Shown here one piece after another: positions 1 to 12,360 of a DNA stretch of 64,000 nucleotides. A model generated the notes under the pieces. The model was not told the origin of the DNA, searched no databases, and saw only the letters and a list, made by a program, of their open reading frames with translations. Location of the stretch: positions 123,506,001 through 123,570,000 of the forward strand of contig NC_086097.1 of NCBI RefSeq assembly GCF_963921235.1, given 5' to 3'. The position numbers were made by a program, and so were the translations under genes. The DNA is from Mobula hypostoma. Lineage: Eukaryota. How positions within the stretch are numbered: the stretch's first letter is position 1; every line of letters begins with the position of its first letter.

Positions 1-270
1 GGAAGACATTGCACTCGATAAATACACCTGGCAGAAATCTGTTCAAAAGGGAGCGGCAGTACATGAGAGCGATCTCCGCTGTGCCGCATAGAACAAGCTA
101 CAACTGTGAAAAGAGAGACTAAACAACCAAATGCCCCAACCACCAATCACAGCCACCACTTACTCCTGCCCACACTGCACCAGAATACATGGGTCCCAGA
201 TCAGTCTCTACAACCTCCTGAGGACCCACCAATAGACAACCCCTTAGGGGAACATCATAATCACTCCTAA
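1..270 (+). mobile_element. RTE-clade LINE, degraded 3' end
   Basis: Frame from nt 2 reads EDIALDKYTWQKSVQKG...CPHCTRIHGSQISLYNLLRTHQ* with internal stops. It matches the RTE C-terminal WE.lA.DR..WR motif and the terminal CxxC...H..H finger. Confidence 0.7.
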
Positions 271-1031
271 TACTGTACACGGGAACATGGTTTATACAGC
301 CCCTACTTAATTCTAATGTATTTATAGAAAAGGAAATGGATGCATGTTTTACACAGTTGGCATCCACTTATGTTTGGAGAAAACAGAAGTCATATTCAAG
401 TTACCCTCATGGAACATTTATTATCTTTAAAATGAAAAGACCAAATAAAGAAAATCCAGGCATGGGTTTCTCGTGTTATTCAACAGCCAATTAGCCTTCC
501 AATCATTCAGGCTGAAACATATTATTAAGTGTGAAATAAAAATGTAAAACTGAATGCAGTAGCGCATTCAGTTGCTGCAGACATTTCAAACTAAAAATAA
601 AATGTTCTGAGATTGAAGCTTAGAAAATAGAGCAACACTGAACCTCCTGACCTCAGGAACTTGCCAAACAACTGAGGCTGCTGGTCCATGTAATATCTTC
701 CATCTGCTGCACAATGCAGCCTAACTGAGTTCACAGATACTCTATAACTTAACTTGTCTAAACTTTGGCCTGATACATAAATAGCATTCAATACTTAATT
801 AATTTGAAACAACTCAAACAATTTACTGTTAAAAATAGTTTAATGATTAAATGACAGATCTAGACCAGGTTTTACAAATTTGGATACTTTCCAAATTCTA
901 GGTGTAGCAAGAAAAGTACATTTCTTTTCATATTCTATGGTACTATCAAAATATATAGCCAACTGGCTGAAACAGCAGCCAGTCAAGTGCTCAAAACACA
1001 TGATGTAGTCCAATAATAATGATCTTCAGAC

Positions 1032-1451
1032 ATATGCTCAGTAGCCACTTTATGAGGTACACTAATACACATGCCCGTTAATGCAGGTATCATGTGGTAG
1101 CAACTCTTTGTATAAAGCCTGCAGACATGGTCAAGAGGTTCAGTTGATCTCTTGGGATTTTCACGCAAAACAGTCTCTAGAGGTTATAGAGAATGGCGCG
1201 AGAAACAAAAAGCTTCCAGTAAATGGCACATCTGTGGGCAAAAATACCTGCTAAGGAGAGAGGTGAGAGGAGAATGGCCAGGATAGTTTAAGCTGACAGG
1301 CAGGTGACAGTAACGCAAATAACCAGACAGTGGTGTGCAGAAGAGCATCCTTGAATGCACAACACATCAAACCTTGAAGTGGATGGGCTACAGCGGAAGA
1401 AGACCATAAGCATACAGGAAGTATCTAATAAATTGTCCACTGAGTGCATGT
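1032..1451 (+). mobile_element. Tc1/mariner internally deleted remnant
   Basis: Imperfect TIRs ctcagtagccactttatgaggtac (~1037) and gtatctaataaattgtccactgag (~1421-1444). Internal LLGFSRKTVSR and GERRMARIV HTH-like relics. The same TIR recurs at ~46330. Confidence 0.75.
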
Positions 1452-1462
1452 ACTGTATACTT

Positions 1463-1815
1463 GGGTCTCACACCACCAAGTTCAGGAACAGTTATTACCC
1501 TACAAACCTCAGGCTCCTGAACCACCATGGATAACTTCCCTTCACTCTGAATTGATTCTACAACCTATGGACTTACTTTCAAGGATTCAACAACTCATGT
1601 TCTCAGTATTATTTATTTTTTGATTTATTTATTTTTATTTGTACAGTTTGTCTCTTTTGCACACTGGTTGTTTGTCAGTATCTGTGTGTAAGTTTTCATG
1701 ATTCTTTTTGCACTACCACTGTGAATGCCCACAAGAAAGTGAATCTTAAGCTCAAGGTAATATATGGTGAAACATCCGTGCTTTGAAAATAACTCTAAAT
1801 ACCTCGAACTTTGAA
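1463..1815 (+). mobile_element. Rex1/Babar LINE 3' end and 3' UTR
   Basis: caccaccaagttcaggaacagttattaccc (TT.FRNSYYP, the Rex1 RT C-terminus), T-rich UTR and gaactttga tail. Many homologues in the window. Confidence 0.7.
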
Positions 1816-2349
1816 TGCGTATATCTGTGTTGTTTCTGGAACTTATTGCACTAAAATGTTCATGTACTGTAATTATATCAAAACATGAGGAGTACAATGT
1901 TTATTTTCTTTTGGTGCAGATGATCAAATTACAAATGCACTTATTCACAGGATGAATGATGCCTTTGGGAAAAAATGTACTTGGATAATCACCATGTACA
2001 GGATTTTTCCAGCAAATTTGAGAAAGAATGGAAGACTTGTAGTTCTGTAATGCTATCATGATCACAAGGAAATCCCAAAGTGCTTTATAGCAAATGTACT
2101 TTGTACGTCCCCATAGGCAGCATCACATTCAATCCACAGTTAGCAAGTTCTGCCAACTGGCAACATGATTATGAACTGATTATCTCTTTACACCATTGAC
2201 TAAGGGATAAATATTTCCGTATAATACAAATAATTCCCCTGCTCTCCCTTTTAAACAAAATCATATGATATTTTAAAGAACTCCCAAGAGTAACTGGAAT
2301 CTCAGTTTACTAACTTATCTGAAAGACTGCACCTCTGAGAGAAGCAAGA

Positions 2350-4150
2350 CCAGATATCTACCCTTGACATTCTATAGCATGAACATCACCAGATCCCCAC
2401 TATCAAAATCCTGGAAGTTACCACAAATTCAGCTTGACCAGCCACAAAATACCGCTGCTCCAAAAAGGGTCAGGAAATTGGGTAACTGCAATGAAGAATT
2501 ACCTTCACGCACTCCTAGGCCTTTTGACATTCAGGAGAGCAAAGGATTACCATCCACTTGCCTAAAAGAATATAGCTCCCACAACATGCAAGGTCAGTAT
2601 CAGCCAGGTTGCAGCCAAGGTGTAACAATGGTAAGGTTGATGTGTTGAATATCAATTACTGTAAGTACATCATAGCTTTCTATAAAACAAGACAGCCAGG
2701 CCACGCTGACAACACCTCCACACCCACGATTCTACCACCAAGGATAAGGACACCACCACCATAGGTTCCACACCAAGTGGCATCCTACAATACTTCCCAA
2801 TTTTTGAAAAAAATATCCAGTTACAAAATACCTTACTTTGGAATCGTATGACTGCTTTTTTTGACATGGTGCTGCACGTGGGGCTGCTTAACAAAATAAG
2901 TGCACGTGGCGTTACAAGGAAAGATACTACCATGGATAGAAGATTGGCTGACTGGCATGAGGCAAAAAGTGGGAACAAAGGAGGCCTTTTCTGGATGGCT
3001 GCTGGAGACTAGTCGTGTTCCACAGGGGTTGGTGTTGACACCACTTCCTTTCACGTTATATGTTAATGATTTGGGTGACAGAATTGATGATTTTATGACC
3101 AAGTTTGCAGATGATATTAAGATAGGAGGAGGGGCAGGTAGTGTTGAGGGAGCAGGACGTCTGCCGATAAGCTTAGATTGGGAGAATAGGCAAAGAAGTG
3201 GCAGATTAAATATAGTGTAGGGAAGTGTATGGTCATGCACTTTGGTAGAAGGAAAGCATAGGCTATTTTTCAAATGGAGAAAAAAATTCAAAAATCAGAG
3301 GTGCAAAGGGAGTCTTCGTGCAGGATTCCCTGAAGATTAACTTGCAGGTTGAGATGGCGGTGAGGAAGGCAAATGCAATGTTAACATTTATTTCGTGAGG
3401 ATAAGATATAAGCACAAAGGTGTAACACTGAGGCTTTATAAGGCATTAGTCAGGCCATACTTGGAGTATTGTGAGCAGTTCTGTGCCACTTATCTAAGAA
3501 AGGATGTGCAGAGAGAGTTCAGAAAAGATTCATGAGAATTATTCCGGGAATGATAGGGTTAACCTATGAGGAGCATTAGATGGCTCTGGGCCTGTACTCA
3601 CTGGAATTTGGATGAATAAGGAGGGATCTCATTGAAACCTATTGAATATTGAAAGGCCTAGGTAGAGTGGATTTGGAGAGGATGTTTCCTGTAGTGCATG
3701 AGTCAAGGACCAGAGGGCACTGCCTCAGAATAGAGGGATGTCCATTTAGAACAGGGATGAGGAGGAATTTCTTTAGCCAGAGAGTAGTGAATCTGGGGAA
3801 ATTATTGCCACAGACAGCTGAGAAGGCCAAGTCATTGAGTATAATTAAAGTGGAGGATGATAGGTTTCATGATTAGTCAGTATGTCAAATATTATGGGGA
3901 AAAGTCAAGAGACTTGGGTTAACAGGAATAATAAATCAGCCATAATGGAATGGTGGAACTGACTCAATGGACTGAATTGCTTAATTCTGCTCCTATGTCT
4001 TTTAGTCTAATGGTCTTTTCTTGCTGGGTCTGAATCCTGGAACTCTCTAACAGCATTGCCAGATTGTCTTCACAGAAGGAATGCAGGAGTTTAAGGTGGT
4101 GGCTCACCACCTTCTCCAGGGAAAACAGGAATTACTTTCCACTGATGCCA
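2350..4150 (+). mobile_element. Old CR1/L2-group LINE 3' part (2350-2790 and 4017-4150), split by a younger CR1
   Basis: Collinear degenerate blocks (atccacttgcc..agctccc; ctaccaccaagg..caccaccacc; gctgggtctgaatcctggaactc..ggctcaccaccttctc) lie on both sides of the 2837-4016 insert. Confidence 0.5.
2837..4016 (+). mobile_element. CR1 LINE, 5'-truncated RT fragment
   Basis: ORFs 2900-3220 (WIEDWLTGMRQKV..VPQGLVL.P..F..YVNDL..KFADDIKI) and 3649-3876 (SRTRGH..RRNFFSQRVVNL). CR1 3' end aattctgctcctatgtct followed by a microsatellite-like tail. Confidence 0.9.
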
Positions 4151-4649
4151 AGATCTTCAAAAGTAAATAAAGATACATTTTTCTCTCTTTCTAACTCAGC
4201 AACGGGCTTATTACCAACAGAGCTAAAGAGGCCTTGGAAGCAATGTTGCAATGTAAACCACCTTTCAAGATTGAGCATATTAAGAGTTATGTTGATTGAC
4301 ATTTGGCCCTTTGTTCCCAAGCGAATTATTTGATTTACAGATAGTTGTTTAAGTATGTGCGATGATTGAACATGATTGACATCTTGGCAAAATACAATAA
4401 AAATAACATTCATTTCTGAAAAGAATGGCCAAATCGTGAATCCAGAGTATTCAGAATCAGAATGAGGTTTAATATCACCGACATATGTTATGAAATTTGT
4501 TGTTTTGCAGCAGCAGTACTGTGCAGTGCAAAGAAATATAACATAAATTACCAAAAGAAATATATTAAAAATAACTAAGTAGTGCAAAAGAGAGGAACAT
4601 AGTGGGGTGGCATACATGGGTTCATTGTCCTTTCAGAAATGTGACAGTG

Positions 4650-5723
4650 AAAATTTCCCTCTTTTCCTGATCTACTGCCTGTTATGGTGTGAGGAAAACT
4701 CTCTCTTAGCTTTAATGATAAAGGGCTGATCTCTGTACCATTCTCTCAGCTGATGTCTTTGCGAGTTTGAGATCTAAACAAAACTAAGATTAGATGGGAG
4801 GATGACCTTGGTATGGACCTGGCTGAGGAATATTGGGCAAAAGCATTGAATAGGGTTCATTCCTCGTCAACATGTGCTAGACTGGAGCTCATACAATTTA
4901 AGGTTTTACACAGGGTACATTTAAGTAAAACCAGGCCTGCTGACATATATCCTGGGACAGACGCTGGCTGTGACAGGTGTTCCTTCTCTCCGGCTGGTTT
5001 AGTGCATGCATTTTGGTCATGCCCTCGGCTTGATGACTATTGGGCGCTGGTTTTTAAAATTATCAGTGAGGTTTTGGGGGTGACACTGAGACCTTGCCCG
5101 CTTATAGCTGTATTTGGTGTGGCAGATGATGTTTTGGGTTTAGATGCAATCAGTCAGATATCATTGCATTTACATTGCTATGGCCTGTAGGAGAATCTTG
5201 CTGGTCTGGAAATCTGCCACTCCCCCATCTGCTGCTGCTTGGTTAGAGGACGTAATGTTTTTTCTGAAACTAGAAAAGGTTAAATTTACTCTGAGGGGGT
5301 CTGTGAAAAAATTCTATTCGAAATGGGGACCTTTCCTGTCATATTTTGGGAGTCTTAAGGAATTACCTACCAGTTGAAGGCATTTGATTGTACTTGGGGA
5401 TTTGCCCCCTTTTAACACGCATATGGGTTACCTCACAGGGTGGTTGATACATTGTAATATGAGTGTATTCTGGATCATCTGACCTGTTATGGATGTGTGT
5501 GGGCCTTCGTGTTGAAGGAATGTAGGGGTATGGCTGTGAAATGTCCGTACTTGTATTCGTGAAGTGTTGTATTGTAAATACATTAGCTGCCATGGTATGT
5601 TCAGGGAGAGTGGGTGAGGGGAGTTTTGTTTAGGGGTAAGATATAAAAGTAAAATGGAGGAAAATGTAAGGTATTATGTATTCTGTATTGTGTCATTCTT
5701 TCAATAATAAAAAATAAAAAAAA
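4650..5723 (+). mobile_element. L1-clade LINE 3' end with poly(A)
   Basis: ORF 4813-5190 LIQFKVLHRVHL..CDRC..HAFWSCP (L1 ORF2 C-terminal CCHC region), ORF 5144-5377 ILLVWKS..PP...WL, and aataataaaaaataaaaaaaaa tail at 5703-5723. Confidence 0.85.
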
Positions 5724-6629
5724 ATTGATGGTGTAGGGGAAGAGGTTGTTCCTAATACACTGATCGTGTGTCTTCAGGTTTCTGTATCTCCTCACTGATG
5801 GTAGTTATGAGAACTAGGTATGGTCTGAGTAGTGATGAGGGAGGAAGGGAGTTCCTTAATGGTGGACACTATCTTTTTGAAGCATTGCCTCAATGTCCTC
5901 AATGGTGGGGAGGGTAGACCCCTTGATGGAGTTTACAACCCTCTGCAGAGGCCCCACCATACCAGACGGTGATGCAACCAGTTAGAATGATCCCCATGGT
6001 ACATCTGTAGAAATTTGCTGCAGTCTTTGGTGATATGCCAAATCTTCTCAGCCTCCTAATGCTGGCATGTCTTCCTTCAAGGTTGCATCGATATGTGAGG
6101 ACCAGGATAGATCTTCAGAGATATTGAAGATATTGATGTCCAAGAATTTGAAACTGCTCACCCTTTCCACTACCGACCTTTCAATGAGTTCTGATGTGTG
6201 TTCACTCAACCACCCCTTCTTGAAGTCCGCAATTAATTCTGTGGTATTACTGACATTGAGTGCAAGGCTGTATGATTACTCTTAATTAGCTGATCTAACA
6301 CGATCCTGTACACCTCCCCATCACTATCTAAGATCCTGCTGACAACAGTTGGTGAATTTATAAAAGGCACTTGCTCTGTGCCTGTCCGCACAGTCGTAGG
6401 TGTAGAAAAAGGAGAGTAGTGGGCTAAGTAAGCATTGATGGGGTGTGCTGGTGATGATTGTTAGCAAGGAAGAAACGCTATTTCCAATCTGCACTGACTG
6501 TGATCTCCCGATGATGAAGTCAAGGATCTATTGGCAGAGGAAGGTATAGAGGCCAGGTTTTAAATGTGGTTGATTAGTTCTGAGGTAATAATGGCATTGG
6601 GTGCTGAATTGTAATCAAAAAAGGAAAGG

Positions 6630-7251
6630 TGGGAGGAGAAGATGGCGGTGCGACGCAGCGTGCGCGGCCTCTCCGGTGAAGTAATATCGTATTTGTTAAA
6701 TAGGGTACTGTGCACAATTCTGATTTGATGGAGACAGCTGTGAGAAGCACGGAGGAACATTTGGAGAAACTTCTGAAATGCCCGGTTCGCTGCTGCTGCT
6801 ACTGTGTGATCGAGAATCTCCGGAGGGTAGGCCCCAAATCCTCGGCTTTGCCTGCTGCTGGTGGGGTTGAAGCGCTCGGCAGAGATGGTGCTCGGTGCTT
6901 GGTGTCGAAGGGCTGGTCGGAGGCTCGAAGTTTTCAGACGACTCAGAATCAGACTGCGGTCAGGCATGGCAGGGAGAGTTTTCTTCCTTCTCCCGTCTGC
7001 GTGAGGTGTGGGACTTTCGAGAGACTTTGAACTTTTTTTACCGTGCCCATGGCCTGTTCTTCATCAAGTTAAAGTGTTGCTTGCACTGTTGTAACTATAT
7101 GTTATAATTATGTGGTTTTTGTCAGTTTTTCAGTCTTGGTCTGACCTGTGTTTCTGTGATATCACACCGGAGGAATATTGTCTCATTTCTTAATGCATGC
7201 ATTACTAAATGACAATAAAAGAGGATTGCATGTCCTCATAATCTAATCTAA
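6630..7251 (+). mobile_element. Non-autonomous retroelement (AAGATGGCG head, Rex1-like tail), copy 1
   Basis: Starts gggaggagaagatggcgg, has a CpG-rich body, ends aatgacaataaaagagg..cataatctaatcta. End-to-end homologue at 21724-22409. Confidence 0.8.
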
Positions 7252-7799
7252 ACCGAGGCCTGGCATAGGTATTGCTGTTGTTCAGGTGCCCAAGGCTGAC
7301 TGGAGCTCAGTAAGATGACATCCTATTGTAAGGGTAGACGAATTGCAGCAGGTCCAAATGCTTGTTTAGATTAATTCTAACCATGACCACCCTCACCAAG
7401 TGCATCATCAAGTAGGTGTGAGAGCAAGTGGTCAATAGTTTTTGAGGAAGCTCACCCTGTTCTTCTTGGACACTGGTATGATTGATGTCCTTTTGAGACA
7501 GTTGGGAACCAGTAAAGAGCAATGAGAGATTAAAGATGTCAGTTGGTTGACACAATGCTCTACCTGGTACTCCAGTTTTTAAAGCATAAAATCAGCAAAT
7601 CTCATGTAGCAGAGCACAGATGAAACTGGTTGCTTTGGAGGTTTTGTGTCTTAAGCCTTCATTTTGGAGAGGATATTAACATTGATTTGCCTATCATTCT
7701 GATGGCTTTGGAGAATTTTTTAGAGGGAGAATTGGTGGTACTTCTCTAATGCTTTGAGACATCTAATGTAAGTTATCTATGTCTCCAAAGATTATTTCA

Positions 7800-8031
7800 G
7801 CTTTTCACTTCTTTTCCTCCCCCCCCCACCCACCTACCATACCTTCCCCATCACCTGGCCTCATCAATAACCTCCAGTTTGTACTCCTTCCACTCTCCCC
7901 ACCTTCTTATTCTGGCTTTTCCCCTTTCCTTTCCAGTCCTGATGAATTGTTTCAGCCTGAAAAGTCAACTCTTTATTCTTCTCCATCGATTCTGCCTGAC
8001 CTGCCGAGTTCCTCCACCATTTTGTGTGTGT
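7800..8031 (+). mobile_element. Penelope-like pseudo-LTR fragment with degenerate hammerhead motif
   Basis: cagtcctgatgaa..cctgaaaagtcaact followed by ctgcctgacctgccgagttcctcc, homologous to the pLTR next to the GIY-YIG ORF at 29740-30772. Confidence 0.75.
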
Positions 8032-8399
8032 TATTCTCCAACGATTACTGAAGATGAAGATCACTGTTACTCAGTAGACCACCAGCTTAGTCCTCATCTT
8101 CATGTCTTCATCTTTGGACACCTTTTTTAACAGGTAACTGAAGACATTGACATATTGAACACAATAATGGATTTTGTCATCAGTGACTGCCTTCAGTAAA
8201 AAATGACTATTGGGAAAAAAAAGGTCCATCGTGGATTTTGGCTTTCAGTGGATTGAGTTGTGCAGTAGGGAGAGAATGGTAGAGGACTTCCGTATTCCAC
8301 CTTAGTGTAAAACATATCTCCCTCTGAAATTTCAGTCAGGGAATCAATGGTGGTTTGCAGCACAGTTTCAAAGTCACATTTACAAGCAGCACTGCAACA

Positions 8400-8830
8400 A
8401 AAAAAGCTGCATCTATCATGAAGGACCTCCACCAACCAGTCCACTCTGTATTCTCACTACAACCGTCAGGAAGCAGGTACAGGAGCCATAGGTCCCACAC
8501 CCACCAGGTTCAGGAACAGCTGTTAGCCTGCAACTATCAAGCGCCAAAACCAGCGTAGATAACCTCACTCGCCTTAACTCTGACCTGGTTCCACAACCTA
8601 CAGACTCATCTTCAAGGACTCTACAACTCATGCTTTCAGTATTATTTATTTATGTATTTATTAATTCATTCATTTGTCTTCTTTTGCACATCCGTTGCTT
8701 ATCAACTTTTGTTTATGTATAGTTTTTAATGAATTGTTATATTTTTTTACTTTCCTGTAAATGACTGCAAGAAAATGTATCTCAAGCTAGTATGTGCACT
8801 TTGATAATAAATTTATTTTGACTTGGTCTT
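8400..8830 (+). mobile_element. Rex1/Babar LINE 3' end
   Basis: ORF 8355-8558 KKAASIMKDLHQP.HS.FSLQPSGSRYRS, followed by the typical UTR and tail. Confidence 0.75.
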
Positions 8831-8870
8831 GACTTATCAGTTTGTATATATACAAGGATTATGTGAGAAT

Positions 8871-9440
8871 AGGGGTGGCTGAGTCCTGGGCTGGACGTCC
8901 TGCTCACTTAAGGAAAGTGAAGCATCTTCCATAGCCCCTCCTTTCTTGGTGTAGTGATCACAAGACCACTGTTTGATTTGCCATGCAGGAGATCACTGGC
9001 ATATGGCCTCTCCTACACTACTGTGTCCATAGCAACGCCTTTATGTGGTGCCCTGTTCTTATTGAGTTTCCTATGTCATGGCGCAACCGAGTGTCCAGCG
9101 GTATAACTGTGCAGGCAGGCTGGGGTCATCAACCTTGGTTGGCAGCTAGCCTAGGAGAAGGACAACTTCGATTCCAAACCCGGTGGATGGAACTTGTTAG
9201 CCTTGCCAGGCTGTCTGTCTAGGAGAAGGAAAACTCTGATACTCAACCTACAGCCTTGGTCGTTGTAGCTCACTGTGCCATTGTGGGACGCACCCCTGGC
9301 CTAAAGAGTGGAATTGGTCCATGCTCGCCGATCTTCACTATAAACCTACACAGCCTAGGAAAGGAAGAAAAATCCTACAGCGGTAGAGTCCCCTCCTGAT
9401 CTTCGCAAGCGAAGAACCAGGCATCATCATCATTATCATC
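8871..9440 (+). mobile_element. Non-autonomous RTE-type retroelement with (ATC)n tail and 10-bp TSD
   Basis: TSD atgtgagaat at 8861-8870 and 9441-9450. G-rich 5' end, RTE 5'UTR-like motif taggagaaggaaaactctg (duplicated), 3' (cat)n tail. Confidence 0.7.
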
Positions 9441-9904
9441 ATGTGAGAATTATACTGTAACTGAACAACTGAGGTTGGAGTGACCTTGTGAGAAGAGAAT
9501 AGAGGTGGCTAAAGTTGAACATCTTCTTGATGTTCCTGAAAATTAATTCCATTCTTGCAGGTAGTTTGTTGAGAAATTGAAAAATTGCTGGAAAGAAAGC
9601 TATGAAGAGGGTTGGTGTGACAAGGTAAGATCTCAATTGATATTTTACCAACAGTATCTAGATCTTATTCTTAGTTTTGCTATTTATTAAGTTACCACAT
9701 ATCACCAGTGGCGGCTAACCCAAACAACAGTGACCTTAATGTTCACAGGGATTACAGTGTCTACCCCATATCCGCATCTTGGGTGTCCACAGGAAAAACT
9801 AATTGCTCAATAGCTTTTTTTGTTAATCTTTCTCATGCCTTAAAATGACATTGAGAACCATAATCAGAATTTTTATTTATCTTTGTGATAAATATCTTTA
9901 TAAG

Positions 9905-11015
9905 ACGGCATAAGATGGCGGTGCATGTGAACACAATAGCCTCTCAGGGGCCAACAAAAGGTTCTTTTCTCTTTGCAGTTTTTTTTAATGATCCAAAGAC
10001 AATTCTACTCCAAGAACATTTGGTACTACAGGCCTATTCCAACAGCATGCTGCATGTTGATCAGAGTAGCTAGATTGGTGTCGGTGGTGGAGCTGGCTGA
10101 GAAGTTGAAGGGGTCAGCCGAAGTGTCAAAGGAGCCAGTTAGAATATCGGAGGAGCCCATTGGGATGTCGGAGGAACCAGTTAGGATATTGAAGGAGCCC
10201 ATCGGGATACTGGAGGAGCCCACTGGGATATCGGAGGAGCCCATCGGGATACTGGAGGAGCCCACTGGGATATCGGAGGAGTCCATCAAGATATCAAAGG
10301 AACCAGTTAGGATTTTGGAGGAACTCGTCAGGGTATCGGAAGAGCCAGTTGGGATGGCACAGGAGCCTACCAGCGCGTTGGAGGAGACTGGTTGGGTTCG
10401 GAGGACCTGGACTTGCTGCAGACTGTGTTGCTCCCTGCTTCTCGGAAGCCTCGGAGCTGGTGTAGTATAACCGCGGGAGATTGTCTCGGACATTTCACTT
10501 GCAACCGCAAGACACTGTTAGACAGTGATAATGTATGTTGCCGCAGGCCTGTTACCCTTGTCTGGTGGAGCGGCAGTCAACGTGGGTTGCTGTGTAGCCT
10601 CAGTTGTAGTGAGTACTAGGCCTCACGCCTCGGGCTTGCCTGCTGCTGCAGACCAAGTGAGAGACGCAGAAGCACTACAATGTGGTTGAGCTCAGCTGGG
10701 GCCTGGCCTCACCCATCAGTGCTACCCTTTTGTGTTCGAGCAATGGAATGACAGGCTGGGTTGCATGTGTCTGTACACAGCTGGGAGACTGTACCATCAA
10801 TTGCTGGACATTGCCGCTCAGGATCTTGGACTATATATGGTTTTTTTATGTGGATATGCTTCTTGCTTGATATTTGAACTATGTTACTCGCTATTTTTGA
10901 ATGTTTGCTTGCTACTTTGAATGTTTTGCACCTTGGCTCCACAGGAACACTGTCTCGTTCAGCTGTATCTATGTATGGTTTGAATGATAAGTAAACTTGA
11001 TTTGATTTGACTTTG
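9905..11015 (+). mobile_element. Non-autonomous retroelement with AAGATGGCG head, internal 21-bp array and (TTTGA)n Rex1-like tail
   Basis: taagatggcgg at ~9911, tandem array at 10095-10390, and 3' end gataagtaaacttgatttgatttgactttg. Confidence 0.55.
10095..10390. repeat. 21-bp minisatellite (~13-14 diverged units, consensus ~ggagcccatcgggatatcgga)
   Basis: The period is directly visible and translates as heptads EEPIGIS/EEPVRIL in ORF 9973-10470. Confidence 0.9.
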
Positions 11016-12170
11016 ATCGATTTGAGATATGATGCAAAATGTCGTGTTTTGCAACAGCAGTACAGTGCAAAGACACAAAAATATATAGATTATGGAAATA
11101 AAGAAATGGTGTAAAAAAAATGAACAGGGTAACCACAAGAGATTCTGCAGATGCTGGAAATCCAGAGTAACCCACTCAAGATACTGAAGGATCCCTGCAG
11201 GTCAGACAGCATCTACGGAAAGGAATAAAGAGTCAATGTTTTGGACTGAGACCTGAATGAAGGGTTTCAGACTGAAACACTGACGAATTAACAGGGTGGT
11301 GTTTATCGGGTCATAGACCATTCACAAATCTGATGACAGAGGGGAAGAAGCTGTTTCTGATTCACTAAATGTGGGACTCTGACCTCCTGTATCTCCTCCC
11401 TAATGGTGTAATAATGGGAAGAGGGAATGCCTGGGATGGGGGCATCTCCTCTTGAAGATGTTCTCAATGATGGGAGCCACTGGCATGGCTCCTTCATGAT
11501 TGCAGTAGTGTGTTGGCCTGGGATACATATTCTGTGATGTTGACGCCGCACAACTTAAAGATTCTCATCCGTTGCACTGCTGCTCCTTCGGTGTCAATTG
11601 TGTGTGTTTTCCCAACCTTCCTGCTGAAGTTCACAATTAGTTCATTGCTCTTGCTGTCTTTGAGTGTGAGGTTGTTATTGTGCTACTACTCAACTAGGTG
11701 ATCTCCCTTGTTCCTGCAAGCTTCCAGTGATTCAGCCAACGACAGTGGAGTTACTGGCAACAGTGCAGTTATAGGTGGTGTTTGTGCTGTGCATAGCCAC
11801 ACAATCAAGAGTGTGGAGAGAGTAGAAAACGGGGCTAACACACATCCTTAGATGTGCCTGTGTTATTTGTCAGTGAAGATGAGATTATATTACCTATCTA
11901 CACTGATAGTCGTCTCCCAATAAGAAAGTCTGTTGCAGAGGGAGGTACAGATGCCCATATTTGAAGTCTGGCTAGTAGTACTGAGGTAATGATGGTGTTG
12001 AATGCCGAGCTGAAAATAATACACAGAAGCCTGATGTATATCTTCCAGTTGTCTAAGTACTCCAAAGCAGTGGAGAGTTAGTGTCCACTGTAGAGCTGCT
12101 GCTACAGGAGGTAAATTGCTGCAGGTCCAGATCCTGGCTATAACCAACCTCTTGAAGCACTTCATTACAT
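11016..12170 (-). mobile_element. Rex1/Babar LINE fragment (with pLTR insert 11131-11289)
   Basis: ORF 11890-12165 MKCFKRLV and other Rex1 RT relics; UTR near 11016-11120. Confidence 0.7.
11131..11289 (-). mobile_element. Short Penelope pLTR insertion with inverted hammerhead segment, 8-bp TSD
   Basis: TSD aacagggt at 11123-11130 and 11290-11297. The minus pLTR runs to ~11252, then a plus-oriented tgaagggtttcagactgaaacactgac follows. Confidence 0.7.
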
Positions 12171-12360
12171 TCTCCTACAGTTGTCATTTTGTATGAAGAG
12201 AGTCCATAATGGTTTGCTACACAATATGACCTGAAGGCGATTACATCTTCTTCATAAATTCCTACAGCTTTTTATTTGCAATCAGTGGTTCATTGCAGAG
12301 GAGGTGTCAAAACAAGGACCTTCCCACAATGTATGAGTTAGTAAATAACATGATGCATTA

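Larger units (their letters stand above)
4449..7570 (-). mobile_element. Rex1/Babar LINE fragment interrupted by an L1 (4650-5723) and a non-autonomous element (6630-7251)
   Basis: tcagaatcagaat tail at 4451. Minus-strand RT relics (ORFs 5601-5795 and 7307-7555 TDIFNLSL; FDYNSAPNAI in ORF 6560-6967). The sequence resumes collinearly after each insert. Confidence 0.75.

Noticed and set aside
10095..10390. Regularly spaced repeats resembling a CRISPR array or a coiled-coil gene
   Set aside because: Contiguous 21-bp units with no unique spacers, no cas genes, and a eukaryotic context. The proline-containing heptads and two-strand ORFs are explained by the repeat period.
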